NCBI RefSeq assembly: GCF_000446015.1
Contig: NC_022093.1
Location: 1,080,001 to 1,112,000 of the forward strand
DNA: 32,000 nucleotides
Source: Thermofilum adornatum
GTDB taxonomy: Archaea; Thermoproteota; Thermoprotei; Thermofilales; Thermofilaceae
Direction: 5' to 3'
This document shows, piece by piece, positions 8,452 to 16,229 of the stretch; positions within the stretch are counted from its first letter, which is position 1, and every line of letters begins with the position of its first letter. The translations under genes were made by a program, and so were the position numbers. Under the pieces are notes generated by a model. It saw only the letters and a list, made by a program, of their open reading frames with translations, searched no databases and was not told the DNA's origin.

Positions 8452-9021
8452 GTGGACAAAACCATACTAATCGCAACAAAAAACCGGCACAAAGTCCAAG
8501 AAATGGCCCCAATACTCGAGACATACGGGTACAAGCTACAGCCAGCAGACCTCCCCAAAATAGAGATACAGTCAGACACACTCCAAGAAATAGTAGCCTA
8601 CGCCGCCCGCCACATACCAGCACTAGACAAGCCAGTAATCATAGAGGACGCCGGTCTATTCATCAAAGCCCTAAACGGCTTCCCAGGGCCATACAGCCAC
8701 TACGTCTACCAGACAATTGGATGCAAAGGCATACTACAGCTTCTCCAGCAGGTTACAGACAGGACAGCAGTCTTCCAGTCGGCAATAGCCCTAAAAACAC
8801 CCACAGGCGAAACACACATCTTCACCGGCGAAACCATGGGAAAAATAACCACAGAGCCGAGGGGCACAGGCGGCTTCGGCTTCGACCCCATATTCCAGCC
8901 ACAAGGCACACATAAAACCTACGCAGAAATGAGCCTTCAAGAAAAAAACCTCTACTCCCACAGGGCAAAAGCAACCAAGAAACTAGCAGAACACCTAGCT
9001 ACTATGGCTTCAGTATACTAG
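8452..9021 (+). CDS. Non-canonical purine NTP pyrophosphatase (RdgB/HAM1/ITPase family)
   Basis: The GTG start is the first possible start after an in-frame TAA at 8419-8421. Motifs ILIATKNRHKVQE, IIEDAGLFIKALNGFPGPYS, GFGFDPIF and SHRAKA are seen. The 3' end overlaps the convergent 9002-11386 gene by 20 nt. Confidence 0.85.
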   Translation: MDKTILIATKNRHKVQEMAPILETYGYKLQPADLPKIEIQSDTLQEIVAYAARHIPALDKPVIIEDAGLFIKALNGFPGPYSHYVYQTIGCKGILQLLQQVTDRTAVFQSAIALKTPTGETHIFTGETMGKITTEPRGTGGFGFDPIFQPQGTHKTYAEMSLQEKNLYSHRAKATKKLAEHLATMASVY

Positions 9022-11386
9022 GAGCCCACTTCTCCTGGAACATGGAAGCATAGATATACGCGTTCTGCCATACGTTGGGGATATTGCTTCCCAAATTAAG
9101 AAAACCAGAACCACTAGCGCCATAACTGAACACAACTGTCCAGTATCTTAAAAATGTGCCTGCAGACACAGATCTATAAGTATTGTATGGCCAGAAATCA
9201 GCCTCAATGGACCCTTGACGACCAGTAAGACCCCCAGATGCCGTGCTCGAGAAACTCGCATATGTACTCCCAATGCTTTGGAGCAGATTCACTGCGGCCT
9301 GGTTCAAGATGACTGCTCTCCCAGTGCCCCCATTGTTCCAGTGTGCAAGCAATATACCGGGGTTACTTCTGATCAGAACTCCTTCTGAATAAACCTGGTC
9401 GTAAGTATAGACAAATGTCTGGTTCGTGTAAGAAGAGCTTTTCGTATAAGCAAAGTAGTCTGCGAATCCCGCGCCCATCTCAGTCATAAGCCAGTAGCCG
9501 TAGTCAGATCGCATGTTTTTCCAATAGATATACGTAATTACAGGTATATACCTTGTCCCATTAACTATCTGCACAATCGCTAACGTAGCATAATACTGGT
9601 CACTAAGCGCTGTATCCCCATAGTCCCTATAGACACTGCCTACCCACTCTGTGTTAAGTACAGCGAAAATCCTAATAGGCGCCTTTATCCAAGAGTAACG
9701 CATGTATTCATAGTAAACCTGCCAAGTACCATAAGGTCTGAAACGTCCAAGGTGGCAGTAGGTTCCTGAGCAATACCTTCCAAAGGCATGAAGATTGTAG
9801 GGGCCAAACGCAGAGTCAGTAGACGGGTCTCTTAGAACAAAAGCCGCGACGCCAAAATAGTTTACGTACCCCCTTGACCGCTGGTGCTCCTGGTCAACGA
9901 ACTCCACGTCGTAGAGCGGGTGCCAGACGTCCTTGTGTGTAGAGTCCTGGATAAATTGTATCTGTGTCTGATATACTGCGGGCTCGGTGTCCAGGTCGTC
10001 GTACCACCACAGTGTGACGTATTGCTTACGTATGTTGGTGGGAAACTTTACCTGGAAGACCAGCTTTGTGTTATATTTGTCTCCCTTTACAAAGTCCATC
10101 TGGGGGTCAGACAGGCCTACAGGGTAGTCCACGGGAACACCGTGCCATACAACGGTTGTCCAGTTCTCGTACTGTATAGGCCTCTCTTTAAGTGTTGCCG
10201 TGGTTCCGTCGAGCGTGACGTTTACCCTTATCTGTTTTATGGGTATGTATGGGAAGGGTGGGAGCTTGAGGGCGGGGTCTACTGAGAGCTTTTGCCCAAG
10301 CCAGAAGAGGGAAAGGTTCGAGCTCATCTCAAGGGTGTAGACCTCGTTACTTATGTCGCTTGGTCTAGTCAACGTTGTCTTGTTTCCAGATGAGTCGTAA
10401 TAGATCAAGGTATCAGGGGTATTTCTCTGGACGGCAAAGTAGATGTAGTAGTAGGTAGACGCTTCGACCACTATTCCTCTCTCGTCACTTACCACCACCA
10501 TTATTGGTACATACTGGTCTCCCTTTAGGTCTGTAAGTACGGGGAGCGACGGCTCAAACGTTACAGAGTAGTTGCCCATGCCCGCGTAGGTTACGTCCCT
10601 TATCTTGGCCTGGAGCCACTTTCCGGTGAATCTTCCACTTGCATCCATTTGGGGATAGTATATCCTGACCCATCCCTTGGTGATTAGGCGGCCATAAGGA
10701 GTTCCAACAAGGCTTGGCGGACTTGTTGAGTAGTCAAGGGATCCGTCTTGCCTCACATTGATCATGATTGTCACGTTCTGGCCCGTCACGCTTATCGGTT
10801 TCCTGTAGACAGTCAAGGTTAGTCCCACAAGTACGTCGCTCTCCCAGTTATAGAACCCCATAGCTGTGATGTTTAGCCTGAGCTTTGCATATGCATAGCT
10901 CCCAGAGGTGGGGAGGTACCAGTAGCCCTTCATCAAGTTGTAGACTGTTCGTTGCCTGCCAAGCTCCTTCGAGAGGTCGAGCTGGAGTATCTCGTAGGAC
11001 ACTTGGACTCCATACTCGCCGTAGGCCTTGGTTATAGACTGTCTCCAGTACTCTAGATACGTCTTGGCGACCTGCCTGGCCACAGTAAAGTTGTGCCTGT
11101 TATTCATTGACATTCCGTATGAGCTAAACCTGTCGGTGAGGTCTGAAAACTCGGAATAGTTAAAGTATGCCCTAGTAGCCACAGCCAGCATTGAGGCCAA
11201 CGCCCTCTTGAAGTCAGCCGTTATGGCCCCGACAACCTCCCTGACAACTGGGCTCCTCGTCCTTAGAAACAGGCTATGCGTCTCGTATACAGTGACAAGG
11301 ACAGACATTATCATCAAGCCGATAATTAGTATAGCGGCGACAACCATCTGGGCTGAACGCCTCGCCTTGCTCCTCAAATTTCTCAC
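9002..11386 (-). CDS. Large (794 aa) exported protein with a type-IV-pilin-like N-terminus; mature domain unrecognised
   Basis: GTG start in a GTGA overlap with the upstream gene. The N-terminus is MRNLRSKARRSA|QMVVAAILIIGLMIMSVLVTVY (basic leader plus hydrophobic helix). The rest is Tyr/Trp-rich and beta-looking, with 11 N-x-S/T sequons by my count. Confidence 0.6.
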   Translation of the reverse strand: MRNLRSKARRSAQMVVAAILIIGLMIMSVLVTVYETHSLFLRTRSPVVREVVGAITADFKRALASMLAVATRAYFNYSEFSDLTDRFSSYGMSMNNRHNFTVARQVAKTYLEYWRQSITKAYGEYGVQVSYEILQLDLSKELGRQRTVYNLMKGYWYLPTSGSYAYAKLRLNITAMGFYNWESDVLVGLTLTVYRKPISVTGQNVTIMINVRQDGSLDYSTSPPSLVGTPYGRLITKGWVRIYYPQMDASGRFTGKWLQAKIRDVTYAGMGNYSVTFEPSLPVLTDLKGDQYVPIMVVVSDERGIVVEASTYYYIYFAVQRNTPDTLIYYDSSGNKTTLTRPSDISNEVYTLEMSSNLSLFWLGQKLSVDPALKLPPFPYIPIKQIRVNVTLDGTTATLKERPIQYENWTTVVWHGVPVDYPVGLSDPQMDFVKGDKYNTKLVFQVKFPTNIRKQYVTLWWYDDLDTEPAVYQTQIQFIQDSTHKDVWHPLYDVEFVDQEHQRSRGYVNYFGVAAFVLRDPSTDSAFGPYNLHAFGRYCSGTYCHLGRFRPYGTWQVYYEYMRYSWIKAPIRIFAVLNTEWVGSVYRDYGDTALSDQYYATLAIVQIVNGTRYIPVITYIYWKNMRSDYGYWLMTEMGAGFADYFAYTKSSSYTNQTFVYTYDQVYSEGVLIRSNPGILLAHWNNGGTGRAVILNQAAVNLLQSIGSTYASFSSTASGGLTGRQGSIEADFWPYNTYRSVSAGTFLRYWTVVFSYGASGSGFLNLGSNIPNVWQNAYIYASMFQEKWAPSILKP

Positions 11387-11892
11387 CCAGAAAAACCTAT
11401 AACCATCTGTATAAGCAGAGTCGTACCCCTAACACTGTCTGGATCCCCAGTACACACATATGTATATGTAACGGGCTCAGACTCGACGAGTTTAATGTTT
11501 TTCCAGTCGTAGTTCGATGCACAACCAATCCAAACGAGGTTTACGCTCTTACTAGCAAGGTCAAAGTCGACCCTGTAGATGTCGATCTTAAAGAGGAGCC
11601 CAGGCGGAAGACTGGCACTTGCCAGGAAGCCGAGGTTATAAAACGTGCATTCTCCAGTTTGCTGCATGTTTTCAGAGCCAAGGTTAGCTATTGTTTTCTC
11701 GAATACATTGTTTTCTGCCATGTTGTTGAGCAGGTCGTAGGCGAGTCGTCTTAAATCGCTTGTCTCCCTAACATAGACGCTTTTCAGGGGTCTCGTAAAC
11801 GCCATGACAAGCAGTATTATTGACACGACCATGAAAGTTGCGAGGACGGCCTCTATTACTCTTATCTGACCTTTTCTCTTTGTAAACATCAT
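11383..11892 (-). CDS. Type-IV-pilin-like protein (class III signal peptide), about 169 aa
   Basis: The track starts this ORF at a TTG (11916). An ATGATG at 11892-11887 forms an ATGA overlap with the stop of the upstream gene and is preceded by GGAGGAGGG. That start gives MMFTKRKG|QIRVIEAVLATFMVVSIILLVMAF, a KG|Q class III signal. Confidence 0.6.
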   Translation of the reverse strand: MMFTKRKGQIRVIEAVLATFMVVSIILLVMAFTRPLKSVYVRETSDLRRLAYDLLNNMAENNVFEKTIANLGSENMQQTGECTFYNLGFLASASLPPGLLFKIDIYRVDFDLASKSVNLVWIGCASNYDWKNIKLVESEPVTYTYVCTGDPDSVRGTTLLIQMVIGFSG

Positions 11893-13148
11893 GGGAAGCC
11901 TTCTACCCTCCTCCAAATAGTTAACTCGACGACGTAGGGATAGCTATATATTGTGCATACTCTTCTCAGAGTAACGCTATTAGCCGGGAGAGCAGTTTTA
12001 CCGCCGTAGGCTATATCAATGTTTGGAAGCCTGCTAATAACTATAGCTACAGGGTTCCCTCTAAACTGTGCAAATATGAAAATGTGGCTTGACAAGGGCT
12101 CAACGTACTGGATATATCCTACTAGGTACCACTGTTTCGCACTGGGCAGAACTCGGCCTGCGTTGTTACACAGGGGATCATCGTTCCTAAAGTTTCCAGA
12201 GGAGTCCCTACACCAAGTCACGGTAGTAAAATTAAGAAGGTCTTGATACTCTGGTACAGCTTGAAGCAGGTCATCCTTTACTAGCACAGCCCCAGCGTTC
12301 CTATTTCCCCTCCTGATAACAGGACTGTTAATATCCTTGTTTACAAAGACATAGTTTCCAATAATGTAGCCCTCTGCCGGGACGCCTCCCTGGGAAGTAG
12401 AGGCATAGCCAGCAACGCTTATGAAGCCCTGCCACTCGGCTCTCGCGATAAGAAAAGTATAAAACCACTTGTCTGGTCTCTGCTGTCTAAAATAGCTTGC
12501 CAGGTCGCTTGTATAATCGATCCTGCATTTTCCAACGGCATTTGTTAGACAAGTTTTTGTAAGGATTGTCTTGGCCTCCACGTCGCCCTCGTTATTGCCC
12601 GCTCCAGGCTGTACACGGACCACGACATACATCGCTGTAATGTTTGCGTTTGGGATGCCAAGTCCATAATAGTTGGTGACGAGGAAATCGTATGCAGAAA
12701 TGAAGGTGTAGCTTTGGTAATAGTAGTATCCAGCAGGCGTTATATTGATTAACAGCATCGGTCTTATTCTGAGCCTAAAGCCATAGTCCTCTAGGTTCAA
12801 GAGCTGTGCAAGCCGAGTAGTGTTTAAGAGGAGTGGATTTGGAAGAGTGCTCAGATTTGCCAGCCTCATAACCTTGTCTGGGTCAACAATGTATGGCGAA
12901 CGGGCACCGTAGAGTGCTAGTCCAAAGTCTTGTAGAGTATCTGGAGTAACCTGGATATTTGTTCCCCAGTCGACGGGATAGCCAGGGGTAAGTATAAGTT
13001 TGTCCATCACCCTTTCAGCGATTGTGTAGAGCTGTTCTTCATAAGTCGTAGCGACAGTAGATGTAGTAGCATTTACCATTCCATATGAAACTAAAATTAA
13101 AAGTACTATCAGGAGCCCAACGGCCAGATATTCTAGTGTTGCCTCCAT
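11889..13148 (-). CDS. Exported or anchored protein (419 aa) that begins directly with a pilin-like hydrophobic helix; mature domain unrecognised
   Basis: ATG start preceded by AGGTG about 9 nt upstream. The N-terminus is MEATLEYLAVGLLIVLLILVSYGMVNATTS. Six N-x-S/T sequons by my count. Confidence 0.55.
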   Translation of the reverse strand: MEATLEYLAVGLLIVLLILVSYGMVNATTSTVATTYEEQLYTIAERVMDKLILTPGYPVDWGTNIQVTPDTLQDFGLALYGARSPYIVDPDKVMRLANLSTLPNPLLLNTTRLAQLLNLEDYGFRLRIRPMLLINITPAGYYYYQSYTFISAYDFLVTNYYGLGIPNANITAMYVVVRVQPGAGNNEGDVEAKTILTKTCLTNAVGKCRIDYTSDLASYFRQQRPDKWFYTFLIARAEWQGFISVAGYASTSQGGVPAEGYIIGNYVFVNKDINSPVIRRGNRNAGAVLVKDDLLQAVPEYQDLLNFTTVTWCRDSSGNFRNDDPLCNNAGRVLPSAKQWYLVGYIQYVEPLSSHIFIFAQFRGNPVAIVISRLPNIDIAYGGKTALPANSVTLRRVCTIYSYPYVVELTIWRRVEGFP

Positions 13149-13207
13149 AACTAGCTACACCTAAATATAGTGCCGCCTCTCATAAAACCTTTTCGGTATA
13201 CGAAGAA

Positions 13208-13720
13208 CTATGGACTTATTGTGACCGAGGAGAACCCTACATATATTGAGCCGCCCATGCTAAACGCTATCACAACAGGTTTTCTCCCTGGGGGAAGAGG
13301 CATATAGAGTGTGTCAGATACAGTGAATCCTCCTATGGTAACTGTTCCTTTAACAGCGTGGACCGGATTTTGTCCAAAGTTGGGGGTAACAACAACTCGT
13401 ACTTGTTGATAGACCTGTAACTTGGCCGTAACGTTTAAGACATTGTCGCCACTCTCTCCCAATTGTATCAGATAAGGCTGTCCGCCAAGCGTGTCAGGGA
13501 GCGTAAGGTACATGTAGCTTGTAGAGCCTCCGCCAAGCGTATATACAGAAATCAGTTCAACTATTTCTCTTGCAGCACTCTCGGCTACTTCTCCAAGCAT
13601 GATGTTCTGGTTCTGCATCTGGTAGATGAACCCCATAAAGCTGAAGGTCGCTAAGATAATGATTGTTGCCTGGAGGATGCTGATAGTTCCAATGATGTGT
13701 GAAATTACTGGGTTAACCAT
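13208..13720 (-). CDS. Small (170 aa) protein with a pilin/FlaF-FlaG-style N-terminal hydrophobic helix
   Basis: The N-terminus is MVNPVISHIIGTISILQATIIILATFSFMGFIY and the remainder looks beta-rich. It has its own TATA-like box at 13748-13755. Confidence 0.5.
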   Translation of the reverse strand: MVNPVISHIIGTISILQATIIILATFSFMGFIYQMQNQNIMLGEVAESAAREIVELISVYTLGGGSTSYMYLTLPDTLGGQPYLIQLGESGDNVLNVTAKLQVYQQVRVVVTPNFGQNPVHAVKGTVTIGGFTVSDTLYMPLPPGRKPVVIAFSMGGSIYVGFSSVTISP

Positions 13721-13747
13721 TCTTAGTGATTTGTAGGCTTATTTACC

Positions 13748-13755
13748 TATAAAAA
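13748..13755 (-). promoter_or_regulatory. Internal TATA-like box (TTTTTATA on the minus strand) within the surface-protein locus
   Basis: Lies 28-35 nt upstream of the ATG at 13720, in the 83-nt gap between 13804-14607 and 13208-13720. Confidence 0.3.
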
Positions 13756-13803
13756 CTTTGCAGAGTATTTATCCATTGTTAACAGGGATGGCACTTGGTG
13801 TCT

Positions 13804-14607
13804 TTAAGAGCTACTAATACTGATTCTAGCTATCTTTACTATCAGTACTGATCCATCCGCGTCTGGCCCGGTTAAGTATATCGTCTGGGTTTTCGGGCCA
13901 ACCGTTATGCTAAGGGTTACACTACTAGTATAATAAAAGACGTACTCGTCTACCGTTATCCCGGTATTCCTTAAAACTATGGGGATAGTACCAGATCCCC
14001 CAAGGGTGCCCTTTGTTAATTCAACAATATGCAAGATGAAGTAATTGTACCGCTTCTTGGTGCTACCCTCTGTAACATTTATCTGCGAGCTGTAGAAAGC
14101 TCTGAGTCTTGGAACTAGGAATGCGCATGCTCTCCCAGTAAAGTTTTCGTAGACAATGACTATTGGCTCGCCGCTCTTGGCTACTACTTTGGATAGCTCC
14201 GTTGCGAGGTCGCCTGTCTCTGGGTAAAGTAGTTTCGGCGTCGTTGTTACAAGTGGTCCACCGCATACTTGTAGCACGAGAGGCGTCGACTCGTAAACTT
14301 TAACGTTGTTTGCATAAACAGTTATAGATTGGCTTGAAGGCAGAAGAGAGATCCCAGTGGAGGTCAGGCTGAAACGGGCATACCTAGATCCCCCCTCGCC
14401 AAAGGCCACTTGTTCCAGTGCTGTGGCAACGTAGGTTAGCTGTTCCTTTGCATATTCATACTCCATTGTTTGCCTGTTGAGGTCGATTAGTGAGGTAGAA
14501 TAGAAGAGTGCAATTGTCACTATTGTTAGCATTATGCTTGTCAGGATAACTGTCGCTATTACTGGTGAAATGCCTCTCTTCATGGTTTGCTTATATGCTC
14601 TTGTCAT
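13804..14607 (-). CDS. Archaeal type IV pilin-like protein (Pilin_N/DUF1628-type class III signal peptide), 267 aa
   Basis: The N-terminus is MTRAYKQTMKRG|ISPVIATVILTSIMLTIVTIALFY, the canonical archaeal prepilin/archaellin-type N-terminal motif. The start forms an ATGA overlap with the upstream gene; an alternative ATG at 14583 gives MKRG|ISPV. Confidence 0.75.
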   Translation of the reverse strand: MTRAYKQTMKRGISPVIATVILTSIMLTIVTIALFYSTSLIDLNRQTMEYEYAKEQLTYVATALEQVAFGEGGSRYARFSLTSTGISLLPSSQSITVYANNVKVYESTPLVLQVCGGPLVTTTPKLLYPETGDLATELSKVVAKSGEPIVIVYENFTGRACAFLVPRLRAFYSSQINVTEGSTKKRYNYFILHIVELTKGTLGGSGTIPIVLRNTGITVDEYVFYYTSSVTLSITVGPKTQTIYLTGPDADGSVLIVKIARISISSS

Positions 14608-16145
14608 TCTGTTTCCGCTCTTCTCCGGCGGATAATAACTATCAGCACAAGGGCTAGAGCCACTACGATAAGTATTATTAGTATCGGCAATATTGGCAGG
14701 GAGGGTGTAGGCGATGCTGTTCCGCCCCCGGCCCCCTGTACCATGTAGCTTGTTGACGCGGTTGCCTGGCCTGCCGGTGTGTTATAGGTTACTGTTATCT
14801 TGTAGTTGCCTGGGTTGAGGCTTAATGGCAATGTCGCTACACCTTCGGAGGTAGCGGCGCCCTCAATCGTCACGGGTGTCTTTGTAAAGGCTGTGTCGGG
14901 CAAAGTTGTGGCTAGTACTGTTGCTCCGCTTTGGTCAGTAACCCTTACCTCTACGTTTGAGCTTGTGTAGAGAGGCGAGACACGTATCACGAGGGTGTTT
15001 GCCGTCACCTGAAGGTTTGCTCTTGGCTGGACTGTTGTCGACTTTACCTGTAGCTTCACGATGGATGGGGAATACTTGTTAGAGTCGATCTTTACTGTAA
15101 CAGTGCCCTCGCCCTGTGGGAAGGAGGCATAAACAGTAGGAGCAAAGTCTCCAGAGTATACAGGCTGGTTTTCAAATGTGATGCTTACTGTTGCCTGCTC
15201 GTCCTTGTCGAGCGGGGGGTTAAGTGTGAAGCTCACGGGGACATATGTGTTTGCGACAACTGTGCTTGGAAGGTTTACCTTGGTTTCCCTTACTGGTTTT
15301 ATTACTAGGTTCAGCGGGAAGCTGTAGGAATAAGTGTAGCCCCAGGGCGTGACGGCTGTAACTTTGACTGTTACGCTGTATTGGCTCCTAGCGAATGGGC
15401 CAAGCTTGCTCACGTTCATCAGGAATTCTAGGGTTCGCTTTTCTTCTACATTCATCTTGCCAGTTGTCAATAGGTAGCATTGGACTGGTGCACCGCTTAT
15501 TTCTGCTTGGGCGTTCTCTATAAATCCTTCCCCCTTCACCCATATGTCCACGTAGAACCTGACAATGTAGAATGGGTCGTAGTCCGTCTTTAGGTACGGC
15601 TCTACGTATACATATGTCCTAGGGGCAATCACGCGAACAGGTATACTTGTAAAGGCAGAATAGAAGCCCATGCTCGGTGGTGAGCCGTCATTCATCTCGA
15701 AATAGTATGATAGATCAATCTTGATTGTAGTGTCCTTTATGTCTCCTGGAACCATCTGTGACGCGAAGAACCTCGGCGTAAGCTTTACTGTTAGGCTCAC
15801 TGGTCTCCCGGGAGAAAGCGAGTAAGGCGAGTCGGGAACAACTTCAAGCGTGCTTGTATCTCCAATGGTGATTCTGAGACCCTTCAAGTAGAACACCTTG
15901 AGGCCGGCGCCCTCAACCTCTGTTATAAGTATCGTTACGGGCACCTGATACTCGTTGGTCGCCACGAGTTCTGTTGGCAAGGTAACTGTTACCTTTATCC
16001 ATACGGGTCCAATGTTTACGAGTGATTCTTTTGTTACGGGCTGTGCTGTAGCAGGGATAAAATAGGCTGAGAAGCTGAATACAAGGAGCAAAGTTAACAG
16101 CAGTGCTGGGAGGCGTCTGTTTCTGATCCCGAAGTTATTTGCCAT
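14604..16145 (-). CDS. Sec-exported, C-terminally membrane-anchored beta-rich surface protein (513 aa)
   Basis: N-terminal signal peptide MANNFGIRNRRLPALLLTLLLVFSFSAYFIPATA|QP. The body is long, Val/Thr-rich and looks Ig/CARDB-like. The C-terminus is GAGGGTASPTPSLPILPILIILIVVALALVLIVIIRRRRAETE (linker, TM helix, basic tail). Confidence 0.6.
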   Translation of the reverse strand: MANNFGIRNRRLPALLLTLLLVFSFSAYFIPATAQPVTKESLVNIGPVWIKVTVTLPTELVATNEYQVPVTILITEVEGAGLKVFYLKGLRITIGDTSTLEVVPDSPYSLSPGRPVSLTVKLTPRFFASQMVPGDIKDTTIKIDLSYYFEMNDGSPPSMGFYSAFTSIPVRVIAPRTYVYVEPYLKTDYDPFYIVRFYVDIWVKGEGFIENAQAEISGAPVQCYLLTTGKMNVEEKRTLEFLMNVSKLGPFARSQYSVTVKVTAVTPWGYTYSYSFPLNLVIKPVRETKVNLPSTVVANTYVPVSFTLNPPLDKDEQATVSITFENQPVYSGDFAPTVYASFPQGEGTVTVKIDSNKYSPSIVKLQVKSTTVQPRANLQVTANTLVIRVSPLYTSSNVEVRVTDQSGATVLATTLPDTAFTKTPVTIEGAATSEGVATLPLSLNPGNYKITVTYNTPAGQATASTSYMVQGAGGGTASPTPSLPILPILIILIVVALALVLIVIIRRRRAETE

Positions 16146-16166
16146 GTGTTTTTCAAGCTCGCAACA

Positions 16167-16178
16167 ATATTTAATTTT
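16167..16178 (-). promoter_or_regulatory. TATA-like box (AAAATTAAATAT on the minus strand) for the surface-protein locus
   Basis: Lies 22-33 nt upstream of the ATG at 16145, spacing consistent with a leaderless transcript. It sits in the 84-nt gap after ttuA, which also holds oligo-T runs on the minus strand just after the ttuA stop. Confidence 0.35.
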
Positions 16179-16229
16179 AGCGTGTCAAAACGCCCTTTAC
16201 AGATTTGTTTTTACCAGGAAAAACATCGG

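Noticed and set aside
8175-8915. 246-aa plus-strand ORF spanning the nitroreductase 5' end, the intergenic region and most of the rdgB-like gene
   Set aside because: The translation is low-complexity (R/H/T/P/N/Q-rich). It overlaps two well-supported genes in other frames or strands. It exists only because the + strand here is A/C-rich and therefore poor in stop codons.
9000-10000. Compositional switch near 9.0-9.9 kb as a replication origin or terminus
   Set aside because: There is no extended intergenic A/T-rich region, no repeated ORB-like elements and no orc1/cdc6 gene. The switch falls inside a coding sequence.
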